Shown here piece by piece: positions 51,717-61,418 of a stretch of 64,000 nt of DNA. A program made the position numbers and the translations under genes. Numbering within the stretch: the stretch's first letter is position 1; each line of letters opens with the position of its first letter. Below the pieces are notes generated by a model. The model was not told the origin of the DNA. It did no database searches and worked only from the letters and a program-made list of their open reading frames with translations. Origin of the DNA: an uncultured Bacilli bacterium (GTDB lineage: Bacteria; Bacillota_I; Bacilli_A; RF39; UBA660); the NCBI GenBank assembly GCA_934149515.1, contig CAKPFD010000003.1:8228-72227 (forward strand), read 5' to 3'.

Positions 51717-52123
51717 AAGGGTCTTCTTTCTGAATTAGTCAATCGTGTCAACCAATCTATTAATTTTTTCATCTAATATAATTTTACCATAAAATTATCG
51801 CTCTAAATCATCATCAGCAATTATTTCTTCTTTATGTAATTCATCAATTAAATCATTATATTTATTTAAGAAAAGAATTTATCTTGTAAGAACTTGATAA
51901 ATTTATTCCATAGTTCTTTGAAGCAATCTAACTTTTCTTGTAATTTAGATACTTTATCCTCTAACATATCCACAAAATCCTTAACAAACTCTAATTTTTT
52001 TTTACAATATTAATCATTTTAACATGTCCTTTCTTTAATTAACAAAAAAATACCAACTTCTTTTAGAACTTGATATTTTCTATATTAAATCCAAAACTAT
52101 AAAACTTTGGACAGATTTCTCAA

Positions 52124-52210
52124 TGGTGCCTGTGGTGGGACTCGAACCCACACGATATTGCTATCACTGGATTTTGAGTCCAGCGCGTCTACCAATTCCG
52201 CCACACAGGC
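52124..52210 (-). tRNA. tRNA-Leu (anticodon CAA)
   Basis: 7-bp acceptor stem GCCTGTG/CACAGGC, anticodon stem CTGGA/TCCAG with loop CTCAAAA, long variable arm, T-loop GGTTCGAGTCC, encoded CCA. Confidence 0.9.
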
Positions 52211-52283
52211 AAATATTACATTTATTATAACATAAAATTTTTAGTTTGCTACATTATTTTGAAAAAAAATAGAAGGAAATATC

Positions 52284-53192
52284 ATGAAGCGTGTTATAAT
52301 GAGTGATGAGAAAGTAGGGAGAGTTATGTTAGTTGCTGATAAATGGAAAGATTATACATTGCTTGATGCTTCTTGTGGGGAAAAATTAGAGCAGTGGAAA
52401 AACATTACATTATTGCGACCAGATCCACAAATTATTTGGAACAATGGAAATTTAATAGATACATATGCTTCTAGTATTCATGCTTGGTATCATCGTAATA
52501 CCAAAGGTGGTGGTTATTGGGAAAATCTAAAAAAAGTACCAAAGCAATGGACTGTCTGTTATCAGGATTTACGTTTTTGTATTAAACAAATGGGATTTAA
52601 ACATACTGGTTTATTTCCAGAACAAGCGGTAAACTGGGATTTTATGATGTCTAAAATAAAAAATAGTAATCGTCCAATTAAAGTATTAAATCTATTTGGT
52701 TATACCGGTGCTGCTACTTGTGCTTGCTTGAAGGCTGGTGCTAGTGTTGTTCATGTTGATTCTTCACGTGGTATGGTAGATTGGTGTCGTGAAAATGTTA
52801 AAGAGAATCATTTGGAAGATAAAAGTATTCGTTATATAGTAGATGATGTTTTAAAATTTGTTAAAAGAGAAATTAGAAGGGGTAATCATTATGATGCCAT
52901 TGTTATGGATCCACCTAGTTATGGTAGAGGTGCTAATGGCGAAGTTTGGAATATTGAGCAAAATTTATTAGAACTTGTTTCTTTGTGTACAGAATTGTTA
53001 AGTGATACGCCATTATTTTTCTTAATTAATTCTTATACTGCTGGTTTATCTTCTCAAGTATTAAAAAATTTATTATTGACGACGGTTGCATTGAAATATC
53101 AAGGTAAAGTTTCTTGTGATGAGGTGGGACTTCCTATTCAACATAGTGATTTAGTGCTACCTTGTGGTATTTATGGACGGTGGGAAGAGTAA
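52284..53192 (+). CDS. Class I SAM-dependent (rRNA) methyltransferase, RlmI/RlmK-like
   Basis: SAM-binding motif LNLFGYTGAATCA, DVLKF...YDAIVMDPPSYG. Confidence 0.6.
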   Translation: MKRVIMSDEKVGRVMLVADKWKDYTLLDASCGEKLEQWKNITLLRPDPQIIWNNGNLIDTYASSIHAWYHRNTKGGGYWENLKKVPKQWTVCYQDLRFCIKQMGFKHTGLFPEQAVNWDFMMSKIKNSNRPIKVLNLFGYTGAATCACLKAGASVVHVDSSRGMVDWCRENVKENHLEDKSIRYIVDDVLKFVKREIRRGNHYDAIVMDPPSYGRGANGEVWNIEQNLLELVSLCTELLSDTPLFFLINSYTAGLSSQVLKNLLLTTVALKYQGKVSCDEVGLPIQHSDLVLPCGIYGRWEE

Positions 53193-53863
53193 TGGTTCCG
53201 ATTTTGTATGAAGATAATCATATTTTGGTTGCTGTGAAACCAATAGGAGTTTTGTCACAAGCAGATGGTAGTGATACACCTGATATGTTAACGATATTAA
53301 AGCAATATTTAAAAGAAACATATCATAAACCGTTTAATGTTTATTTGGGTCTTGTTCATCGACTTGATAAAGATGTTGGTGGTGTTATGGTATTTGCTAA
53401 AACTAGTAAAGCTGCTAGTCGTTTATCAGAACAAGTTCGACAGCATCAAATGCAAAAAATCTACTATGCAGTGGTAGAAGGTAAGATGAGTGGTAGTGGT
53501 GTTTTAGAAAATCATTTAGTAAGAGAGACTTATCGTAGTCGTGTTTGTGATGGTCCTTCTTCTAAACTTGCAAGATTATATTATCAAGTGTTGAAAAGTA
53601 CTTCTTCATCTAGCTTGGTAAAAATTAAATTAGATACTGGTAGACATCATCAAATACGTGTTCAGTTTGCATTTATTTCTCATCCTTTGTTAGGGGATAA
53701 AAAATATGGTCATGGTGGTAAATACCCATTAGCACTTTATGCTGTTTCATTAGGATTTTATCATCCGACCAAAAAAGAGTGGTTGACATTTGTGCATTTC
53801 CCTGATAGAGAAGGGTATTGGAGAAATTTTACAATGTTTGATGAAAATGATTTGCAATTTTAG
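53192..53863 (+). CDS. RluA-family pseudouridine synthase
   Basis: Catalytic motif HRLDKDVGGVMVFAK. Start at the TAATG overlap with the upstream gene. Confidence 0.8.
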   Translation: MVPILYEDNHILVAVKPIGVLSQADGSDTPDMLTILKQYLKETYHKPFNVYLGLVHRLDKDVGGVMVFAKTSKAASRLSEQVRQHQMQKIYYAVVEGKMSGSGVLENHLVRETYRSRVCDGPSSKLARLYYQVLKSTSSSSLVKIKLDTGRHHQIRVQFAFISHPLLGDKKYGHGGKYPLALYAVSLGFYHPTKKEWLTFVHFPDREGYWRNFTMFDENDLQF

Positions 53864-53903
53864 TCATTTTCTGATATGATTTTAATAGTATAGAATAAGG
53901 GAG

Positions 53904-54818
53904 ATGGATGTTATGATATTAGCAGCACTAAATTTTGATTTGAGTTTTTTTACAAGTATTCCTGGTATGCTAATTACCGGTGGAGTGTTGTTATTAATAA
54001 TTGCATTAATTATATTTATTGCGACAAGTGGAAAGAAAGATAAAAAGAAAGGAAAAGAGGATTCTATTGTGGCTTCGACGCCTAGTGTGGATGCGAATGT
54101 GACGACGTCAGAAGTAGCTCCACAGCCAGTTGTAGAGCCTAGTGTGTTTACGACACCTTTACCAACGAATGTGGAACCTAGTGTTTCACCTGTTCAACCA
54201 ATGGCTGGTGTTTCTGAAGTTGGTGTTGTTCAACCACAACCTCAAGTACAAACACCTACGGTTCCAGTACAACCAGCACCTGTTGTGATGCCTAGTGTAG
54301 TACCTTCTACACCTGTTATGCCTGAAGTAAAAGTAGATACTCCTGCTGTTACACCAACGGTTAGTGAAGTAGAAAAGGCTACTCCAGTTGAAGTGGTTTC
54401 AGCACCTAGTGTACCTGTGGTAGAACCACTACCTGTAGAAAGTGCACCTAGTATAGAGGTAGTATCACAAGCTGCTGCACCTGTTCAACCAGTTGTGCCA
54501 GAGCCTGTGAAAGCACCTGAAGCACCACGTCCAATTTATGGTGGCACTACTCCAATTATACCTGATCTTCACGTTGGAAATGAACATCGTCCAATTTATG
54601 GTGGCGCTAATCCATTAGAAAATACGGGGGCTATCCCAAAAGTTGTTCCTCAATCAGCTGCATCAGCTGAACAACCTGTAGTTAATCCAATGCCACAAGT
54701 TGCTGTTCAACCAGAAGTTGTGGTACCAGTGCAACCTACGGTTAGTGTACCTGAATCTCAACAACCAGTTAGTGCACCTAGTACACCAGCTCAAGATGAA
54801 ATTGAAAGTTTATTTTAG
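53904..54818 (+). CDS. Membrane-anchored Pro/Val-rich low-complexity protein
   Basis: N-terminal TM, then P/V/Q/E-rich repeats including duplicated HRPIYGG/PRPIYGG. Confidence 0.5.
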   Translation: MDVMILAALNFDLSFFTSIPGMLITGGVLLLIIALIIFIATSGKKDKKKGKEDSIVASTPSVDANVTTSEVAPQPVVEPSVFTTPLPTNVEPSVSPVQPMAGVSEVGVVQPQPQVQTPTVPVQPAPVVMPSVVPSTPVMPEVKVDTPAVTPTVSEVEKATPVEVVSAPSVPVVEPLPVESAPSIEVVSQAAAPVQPVVPEPVKAPEAPRPIYGGTTPIIPDLHVGNEHRPIYGGANPLENTGAIPKVVPQSAASAEQPVVNPMPQVAVQPEVVVPVQPTVSVPESQQPVSAPSTPAQDEIESLF

Positions 54819-54838
54819 GCTTAAAAAGCCTTTTTTTG
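54817..54838 (+). terminator. Rho-independent terminator
   Basis: AGGCTT-AAA-AAGCCT followed by T7. Confidence 0.6.
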
Positions 54839-54895
54839 TTCTTCTTTTTCTTTTTGTGCATAAGATTATGGTAAATAAAGAAAGGAAGATCATAT

Positions 54896-55156
54896 ATGGA
54901 AACATTAAAAGTTTCATCAAAATCAAATCCAAATTCAGTAGCAGGAGCTTTAGCTAATGTTTTTCGCTCTGATGGTAGTGTAGAAATTCAGGCAGTGGGA
55001 GCGGGAGCATTAAATCAAGCAATAAAAGCGGTTGCCATTGCTAGAGGTTTTTTAGCTCCTTCTGGAAAAAATATTGTTTGTATTCCGGCTTTCACCGATA
55101 TTGCTATCGATGGAGAAGAAAGAACAGCGATTAAATTAATTATTGAAACAAAATAG
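54896..55156 (+). CDS. spoVS: Stage V sporulation protein S
   Basis: 86 aa METLKVSSKSNPNSVAGALA...AVGAGALNQAIKAVAIARGF matches SpoVS end to end. Confidence 0.85.
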   Translation: METLKVSSKSNPNSVAGALANVFRSDGSVEIQAVGAGALNQAIKAVAIARGFLAPSGKNIVCIPAFTDIAIDGEERTAIKLIIETK

Positions 55157-55161
55157 CTAAC

Positions 55162-55195
55162 AAAAAAAGCGATACAAAAAGTATCACTTTTTTTA
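55162..55195. terminator. Bidirectional terminator between spoVS and serS
   Basis: GCGATAC-AAAAA-GTATCAC flanked by an A-run and a T-run. Confidence 0.6.
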
Positions 55196-56473
55196 TGGTT
55201 TTAAGATGGTTTTACCACCCATATATGGTTGTAAGGCTTTTGGAATTTTAATGCTACCATCTTTTTGATAGTTATTTTCTAATACAGCGATTAAGCCACG
55301 TGGAGTAGCTAATACTGTATTATTTAATGTATTGACAAGGTAGTTTCCATTTTCTCCTTTAGCTCTTATTTGTAATCTTCTAGCTTGAGCATCTCCTAAG
55401 GTAGAACATGATCCTACTTCAAAGTAAGTTTTTTGTCTTGGACTCCATGCTTCTACATCGCATGATTTTACTTTTAGATCTGCTAGATCTCCACTACAGC
55501 ATTCTAATGTTCGAACTGGGACATCTAAACTTCTAAAGAATTCAACGGTATAACTCCACATTTTATTGTACCAATCCATAGCATCTTCTTGTTTGCAGAT
55601 AACGATCATTTCTTGTTTTTCGAATTGATGAACGCGATATAATCCTCTTTCTTCTAAGCCGTGTGCTCCAACTTCTTTTCTAAAACATGGACTGTAAGAG
55701 GTTAGGGTAAGTGGTAGGCTTTCTTCTTTGATAATTTGATTTTTAAACTTTCCGATCATTGAATGTTCTGATGTACCGATAAGATATAGATCTTCCCCTT
55801 CAATTTTATACATCATAGCATCCATTTCGGCAAAAGACATTACACCATTGACAACATCGCTTCTTATCATAAATGGAGGTATACAATATGTAAATCCTTT
55901 ATCAATCATAAAGTCTCTAGCATAAGATAACATAGCAGAATGTAATCTTGCAATATCACCCATTAAATAATAGAAACCATTACCAGATGTTCTTCCTGCT
56001 GCTTCCTTATCTAAACCATTTAAACTATCGCAAATATCAGCGTGATAAGGAATTTCATAATCTGGTACGATAGGTTCTCCAAATTTTTCAATTTCCACAT
56101 TTTCATTATCATCTTTTCCGATTGGAACAGAAGGATCGATGATTTGAGGAATGATTAACATTTTTTCTCTTAAATCTATACTTAATTTTCTTTCTTCTTC
56201 TTCAATTTCTTTTAATTGTTCATTAATCTTTTGAACAGATTGCTTTTTCTCATTAGCAAGATCCGTTTTTTTCTCCTTAAATAAAAGACCAATTTCATCG
56301 CTTGCTTGATTCCGTTGCTGTCTTAAAATATCGCCTTCTTGTTTTAAATTTCTAATTTTTTCATCTAGTGCAATCACTTCATCAACAAGTGGTAATTTTT
56401 CATCTTGAAACTTTTTCTTAATATTTTCTTTTACAATTTCTTTATTTTCTCTTATAAATTTAATATCTAACAT
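55193..56473 (-). CDS. serS: Seryl-tRNA synthetase
   Basis: N-terminal coiled-coil arm MLDIKFIREN, class II motifs FRKE and GLYRVHQFEKQEM. Confidence 0.95.
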   Translation of the reverse strand: MLDIKFIRENKEIVKENIKKKFQDEKLPLVDEVIALDEKIRNLKQEGDILRQQRNQASDEIGLLFKEKKTDLANEKKQSVQKINEQLKEIEEEERKLSIDLREKMLIIPQIIDPSVPIGKDDNENVEIEKFGEPIVPDYEIPYHADICDSLNGLDKEAAGRTSGNGFYYLMGDIARLHSAMLSYARDFMIDKGFTYCIPPFMIRSDVVNGVMSFAEMDAMMYKIEGEDLYLIGTSEHSMIGKFKNQIIKEESLPLTLTSYSPCFRKEVGAHGLEERGLYRVHQFEKQEMIVICKQEDAMDWYNKMWSYTVEFFRSLDVPVRTLECCSGDLADLKVKSCDVEAWSPRQKTYFEVGSCSTLGDAQARRLQIRAKGENGNYLVNTLNNTVLATPRGLIAVLENNYQKDGSIKIPKALQPYMGGKTILKP

Positions 56474-56621
56474 TTTGCTCTCCTTTATTTCCTTATTATA
56501 TACTAAATTTCAGGTAAAACTCAAGGTCAATCGTGAAATTTGTCGGATTATTTCACCCTTAAATTACCCTTTCATTACATAGAAAATTCCATTTTGTAAA
56601 CCCTATAAATAGTCATTCAAT

Positions 56622-56650
56622 TTGACAAGAACAAGTGATTTTGGTATAAT
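56622..56650 (+). promoter_or_regulatory. Consensus sigma-A promoter TTGACA-17-TATAAT with extended TG
   Basis: Perfect hexamers with exact 17-nt spacing upstream of the ankyrin-repeat gene. Confidence 0.7.
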
Positions 56651-56673
56651 AAAGACCGTCACGTAAAAAAGAG

Positions 56674-57378
56674 GTGTATAAAATGTTTTACGATGAAATG
56701 CAAGCAATGAAAGCTTGTGAGGAAGAACCGTCCCTGATTTTTGAGTTAATCAAAGAAGGACACTTTACTATTGTAGATAAACTATTAAAGAAAAAACTTG
56801 TTAGTGTATCAGAACTTGATGAAGAAGGAAATACCGTTTTAATGAAATTATTAAAACTAAAACAATATGATCTTGTTTTGAAGTATATGACATGTAGTGA
56901 TTTTGATGTTAACCATCAGAACAAAGATGGTAATACATTTGCTCATATTCTTGCTACAAAAGACTATGTTCATGTTGGTCCAATTATCAAAAAATTAAAG
57001 AAGAATAAAGAATTTTCTCCAAACTTAAAAAACAATGATGGTGATACTATTTTAGATATCTCTATTCGTGGAGGATATTTATGTACTACTTTGAAATTTT
57101 TAGAAGATAGTCGCTTTAATAACATTGATATTGTTTCCTTTGAAAATCTTTACAAAACATTTATTCGAACTAAAGCATTTGGTAAATATACTAAACTGAC
57201 AAACTTAGAACTAGTTGTTTCTAACTTAGAGAAAAAACAAGAATTATTACCTAGAATGGAACGTTTAGTAGAATTAATTGTACAAGATTTTGAAATTATT
57301 AAAAGTGAAATTTTAAATAACCAACTAACAAGTCTTGATCATATTATGGACTCTGTCTTAGTAGAGAGCAATGCGTAA
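56674..57378 (+). CDS. Ankyrin-repeat protein
   Basis: Repeated DGNTxL/NKDGNTFAHILA/DGDTILDISI ankyrin-like units. Confidence 0.6.
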   Translation: MYKMFYDEMQAMKACEEEPSLIFELIKEGHFTIVDKLLKKKLVSVSELDEEGNTVLMKLLKLKQYDLVLKYMTCSDFDVNHQNKDGNTFAHILATKDYVHVGPIIKKLKKNKEFSPNLKNNDGDTILDISIRGGYLCTTLKFLEDSRFNNIDIVSFENLYKTFIRTKAFGKYTKLTNLELVVSNLEKKQELLPRMERLVELIVQDFEIIKSEILNNQLTSLDHIMDSVLVESNA

Positions 57379-57448
57379 AGTCGTATTGCTTTTTACTTGC
57401 AATTTCGATTGTTTTTTTTTATACTAAAATGGTTAATGAGGTGAAAAT

Positions 57449-58855
57449 ATGCGGTTACCAGATTTTAAGGAAGCACGTACAAATACAAAAAAAGAATATC
57501 AAACAAAACAATTTCAACTAGATGCAAAATATTATCAACAATATAAAGGTAAAACTTGTTATTTAAAAACTTATGGTTGTCAGATGAATGAACATGATAG
57601 TGAAAATATTAAAGGAATCTTAGAAGAGATGGGCTTTTTGATGATCGATGATTATGAAGCGGCTGATTTAATTATTTTAAATACTTGTTCTATTCGTGAA
57701 AATGCTCATAATAAAGCGTTTGGTTTTTTGGGTAGAGTAAAACACTTAAAAGAAACGAAAAAAGATTTGATGGTAGGATTATGTGGTTGTATGGCACAAG
57801 AAGAAGTGGTTGCTACTACGATTTTAGAAAAATATCCATGGTTGAATTTTGTTGTTGGGACACATAATTTTTATGAACTTCCTACGATATTAGATAAATC
57901 TATTCAAGATAGAGCATTACAAGTAGAAGTATACTCAAGAGAACAAGATTTGGTAGAAGAAATGCCAGTAGAAAGAGATAATCCTTATAAAGCATATATT
58001 AATATTATCTATGGTTGCGATAAGTTTTGTACTTATTGTATCGTTCCTTATACAAGAGGTAGACAAAGAAGTAGAACGAAAGAAGCTATTTTAAAAGAAG
58101 TAAATGAATTAGTAGAAAATCATTATCAAGAAGTTACCTTATTAGGTCAAAATGTCAATGCTTATGGAAAAGATCTTTATGATGATTATTCTTTAGCAGA
58201 ATTATTAGAAGATGTGGCAAAGACAAATATTCCACGTATTCGTTTTATGACAAGTCATCCTTGGGATTTTAATGATAAAATGATCGATGTGATTGCTCGT
58301 TATCCTAATATCATGCCAAGTATTCATTTACCAGTACAATCTGGTAGTAATAAAATCTTAAAATTAATGGGTAGACGATATACGAAAGAAGAATATTTAG
58401 ATCTATTTCATCAAATGAAAGAAAAAATACCACGTTGTACAATTTCTACAGATATTATTGTTGGGTTCCCAGGAGAAAGTGAAGAAGACTTTGAAGAAAC
58501 ATTATCTTTAGCTAAAGAATGTCGTTATGATAATGCTTTTACTTTCATTTATTCTAAAAGGGTAGGAACACCAGCTGCTAAATTAAAAGATGATGTTACT
58601 CAAGAAGAAAAAGAACAACGTCTATATCGCTTAAACGAAATTGTCAATCAATACTTTCTGGAAAATAATCAAAAACTAGTTCATACCACAATACCAGTTT
58701 TAATCGAAGGAAAATCACCTAAAAAAGAAGATTGTTATTTTGGATATAGCGATACTAACAAATTAGTAAATGTCAAAGGTGATGTAGAAATTGGACAGAT
58801 TGTTCCTGTGCATATATTAGAAGCTAAAACTTGGAGTTTAGATGGACAAGTATAA
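57449..58855 (+). CDS. miaB: Radical-SAM tRNA methylthiotransferase MiaB (YmcB-like)
   Basis: N-terminal KTYGCQMNEHDSE, radical-SAM Cys cluster CDKFCTYC, C-terminal TRAM domain. Followed by the ymcA- and cotE-like genes, as in Bacillus. Confidence 0.85.
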   Translation: MRLPDFKEARTNTKKEYQTKQFQLDAKYYQQYKGKTCYLKTYGCQMNEHDSENIKGILEEMGFLMIDDYEAADLIILNTCSIRENAHNKAFGFLGRVKHLKETKKDLMVGLCGCMAQEEVVATTILEKYPWLNFVVGTHNFYELPTILDKSIQDRALQVEVYSREQDLVEEMPVERDNPYKAYINIIYGCDKFCTYCIVPYTRGRQRSRTKEAILKEVNELVENHYQEVTLLGQNVNAYGKDLYDDYSLAELLEDVAKTNIPRIRFMTSHPWDFNDKMIDVIARYPNIMPSIHLPVQSGSNKILKLMGRRYTKEEYLDLFHQMKEKIPRCTISTDIIVGFPGESEEDFEETLSLAKECRYDNAFTFIYSKRVGTPAAKLKDDVTQEEKEQRLYRLNEIVNQYFLENNQKLVHTTIPVLIEGKSPKKEDCYFGYSDTNKLVNVKGDVEIGQIVPVHILEAKTWSLDGQV

Positions 58856-59183
58856 TAACGATGCTATTTTTGAACAAGTAAAAAAATTAATTACTACTAT
58901 TTTAGAAAGTGATATGTATCAACAATACCTTTTAGTAGAAGAAAAAATGAAAAAGAACTCTACTATTATGGAACAGATCCAACAAGTGAAACAACTAGAA
59001 AAAAAATATGTTCGTAGTGGATTTCAAGAAGAAGCACTTAAAGAACAAATTGATACTATCTATCAACAACTAAAAAATAACCCATTATATAGAAATTATG
59101 AGCAATCCTTTGATAAAGTTAATGAACTTTTTACCTTCTTAAAAGAAGACTTAAATGATTATTTTCAAAAAATAAGTCAATAA
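58842..59183 (+). CDS. YmcA/RicA-like (UPF0342) protein
   Basis: ~113 aa helical protein immediately after miaB/ymcB, conserved synteny with B. subtilis ymcB-ymcA-cotE. Confidence 0.5.
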   Translation: MDKYNNDAIFEQVKKLITTILESDMYQQYLLVEEKMKKNSTIMEQIQQVKQLEKKYVRSGFQEEALKEQIDTIYQQLKNNPLYRNYEQSFDKVNELFTFLKEDLNDYFQKISQ

Positions 59184-59255
59184 AAAAGTAAATTATTATC
59201 TTTTTGGTACAAAACGATTCCTTTTTGCATAGATTAGAGTGAGGAGGGATAGTTT

Positions 59256-59798
59256 TTGTCAAACTTTAAAGAAATTGTCACCAAAGCGGTGATTGGAAAG
59301 GGTAAAAAACAGTTTGTTGATACGCTTGTATTAAAAGCATCTTCTACACCAACAACCGTTTTAGGATGTTGGGTGATCAATCATCGTTTTAGTGGTACTA
59401 AAATAGGTGAAAAGATTCAAATAGTAGGAAGTTATGATATTAATGTTTGGTATTCATTTGATCATGATAGTCAAACAGAAGTATTGAAAGAAACGAAAAA
59501 CTATCAAGAAACTGTCACCATCCAAGATCATCCAAACGATCTTGATAATGAGCAAATTATTGTCCGTAGTTTAAGTGGACCAAGTTGTTTGAAAGCTGAA
59601 ATCGTCAATGACGAAATTCATTGTACAGTAGAAAAAACATTAGGAATAGAACTAGTAGGAGATACAAAAGTTAGAATTAGTGTTGATGATGAGACAGATG
59701 AAACATGGGATGAAATCTATGATAGTGACGATGTGATTGAGCAAAAGATAGATGAAGAAGTAAAAGAAGATTACTTAGAAGAACCAAAAGATAATTAA
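59256..59798 (+). CDS. cotE: Spore coat morphogenetic protein CotE
   Basis: N-terminus FKEIVTKAVIGKGKK...LGCWVINHRF...DINVWYSF parallels B. subtilis CotE, recalled from memory. 180 aa with acidic C-terminus. Confidence 0.65.
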   Translation: MSNFKEIVTKAVIGKGKKQFVDTLVLKASSTPTTVLGCWVINHRFSGTKIGEKIQIVGSYDINVWYSFDHDSQTEVLKETKNYQETVTIQDHPNDLDNEQIIVRSLSGPSCLKAEIVNDEIHCTVEKTLGIELVGDTKVRISVDDETDETWDEIYDSDDVIEQKIDEEVKEDYLEEPKDN

Positions 59799-59855
59799 TG
59801 TTAACAAAAAATGGTTGACAGCACTAGCTAAATATAGTATAGTAATAACATTGAA

Positions 59856-60152
59856 ATGAAGGAGGATATTATGGCAGTAAAATTAAGACTAATGAGAATG
59901 GGAGCTAAAAAACGTCCATTCTATAGAATTGTAGCAATTGATTCTAGAACAAAAAGAGATGGAGAATATCTTGAATTAGTTGGAACTTATAATCCAATTG
60001 AAAAGCAACAAGAAGTTAAAATCAATGAAGAAGTAGCTTTAAAATGGTTACAACAAGGAGCTATTCCATCAGATACTGTTCGTAGTTTATTAAAAGATGC
60101 TGGTGTTATGAAAAAATTTGCTGATTCTAAAAATAAAAAGGAAGCAAAATAA
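59856..60152 (+). CDS. rpsP: 30S ribosomal protein S16
   Basis: [26 protein letters not shown]. Confidence 0.95.
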   Translation: MKEDIMAVKLRLMRMGAKKRPFYRIVAIDSRTKRDGEYLELVGTYNPIEKQQEVKINEEVALKWLQQGAIPSDTVRSLLKDAGVMKKFADSKNKKEAK

Positions 60153-60400
60153 TGGATTACCGCAGCTTAACGGAAAGGATTGTCACTGGTTTAGTCATGA
60201 ATACAGATGCAGTTCGTGTTCAAGAGTTTACAAGTGAAGACGATGATGCGATTGTACTTGAAGTGCTAGTAACAGAAGAAGATATTGGTCGTGTCATTGG
60301 TAAAGGTGGTAAAACTGCTAATGCGATTCGTACTTTGGTACAAGCTAGTAGTAGTTTACATGATCAAAAATATGTAAAAATTAATTTTGATAAGTTTTAG
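60152..60400 (+). CDS. KH-domain RNA-binding protein (YlqC-like)
   Basis: VIGKGGKTANAIRTL KH motif. Immediately downstream of rpsP. Confidence 0.8.
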   Translation: MDYRSLTERIVTGLVMNTDAVRVQEFTSEDDDAIVLEVLVTEEDIGRVIGKGGKTANAIRTLVQASSSLHDQKYVKINFDKF

Positions 60401-60428
60401 AAGTTACAAAAGTAATTTCTTTTTCTTT
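60400..60428 (+). terminator. Rho-independent terminator after the rpsP-KH operon
   Basis: GAAGTTAC-AAAA-GTAATTTC stem followed by TTTTTCTTT. Confidence 0.6.
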
Positions 60429-60476
60429 ATTATTAAGCAAACATTATGTTATAATAAGTGCTAATTAAAAGATGTA

Positions 60477-61397
60477 TTGAGGTTTGTGATGAATAGTAAT
60501 TATTTAGAAAAAACATTATTAAATTTATATCAAATGGGTGAAGATGGCTTGTTTTATCAAAAGTATGGAAAAGTTTATATGCAATTGCTAAAGCAAGGAA
60601 TAGATAAAAAGATTCAGTTTGGACCTTTATTACCTTTTTCAAAAGAAGAAACCCATCAACTAGTTTGTTCTTTTTTAGAAAAGTATGACTTTTTACAAGA
60701 ACAAAATTTTACTTATCATTTACAAGATAATATTCAACTTTATACGAAAGAAGAATTGGATGCTTTTTTAAATTTAGAAAAAAATATACCTAATATGACA
60801 TTTGGTGAGGCAAAATCTTTAGAAAAGGTTAGGGGTAACTTATTATACTTTAATGATGAATATTGGAATTTACATGTTTATCATACAGAAACTTTGTCTA
60901 GTGCTAATACGCTTGTTCATGAATGGATTCATAAGCTGGATGCACCTGATATTGATTTTTTTGATGATGGTTTTTATGATATGCTATCAGAAGTAAAAGC
61001 TTATTATGGTTCGTTTTTGTTCCTTGATGATTGTAAGCAACAAGGTTATTTATCGGACAGTACGATTGTAAGTGATCAGATACGATCTATACTTTCTAGA
61101 CAAATTTTATCTTATCAACAATCTTTAGAATCTCTATCTTGCTTACAAGGCTATCAACAAGATCAAAAATTGGAACAATTGCAGCAAAATGAAAGTTTTG
61201 CCCTTGATGATTATCCACATATTTTAGGGTATTTACTAGCTAGTTATTATTATCAAAATCAAAAGGATCATAAAAAGGCTTCTTTTCTTGAAAAAAGTTT
61301 ATATCAAGATGCTTTTTTAAAAACAAAAGTACATCATTTATTGAAATCTCATGGAAAAAATAAAATAAAACAATTGGTAAAATCGTTTTATACATAG
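60477..61397 (+). CDS. Hypothetical protein with HExxH motif (putative zinc metallopeptidase)
   Basis: TLVHEWIHKLD. No TM helices. Confidence 0.4.
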   Translation: MRFVMNSNYLEKTLLNLYQMGEDGLFYQKYGKVYMQLLKQGIDKKIQFGPLLPFSKEETHQLVCSFLEKYDFLQEQNFTYHLQDNIQLYTKEELDAFLNLEKNIPNMTFGEAKSLEKVRGNLLYFNDEYWNLHVYHTETLSSANTLVHEWIHKLDAPDIDFFDDGFYDMLSEVKAYYGSFLFLDDCKQQGYLSDSTIVSDQIRSILSRQILSYQQSLESLSCLQGYQQDQKLEQLQQNESFALDDYPHILGYLLASYYYQNQKDHKKASFLEKSLYQDAFLKTKVHHLLKSHGKNKIKQLVKSFYT

Positions 61398-61418
61398 TAG
61401 GAAAGGTGGTAATAGGGT

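Noticed and set aside
56474-56621. Possible T-box leader upstream of serS (minus strand)
   Set aside because: The reverse complement shows only AAGGGUGAAAUAAUCC, not the GGUGGNACCGCGG core. No terminator-like hairpin with a U-run was found. T-box is not supported from sequence alone.
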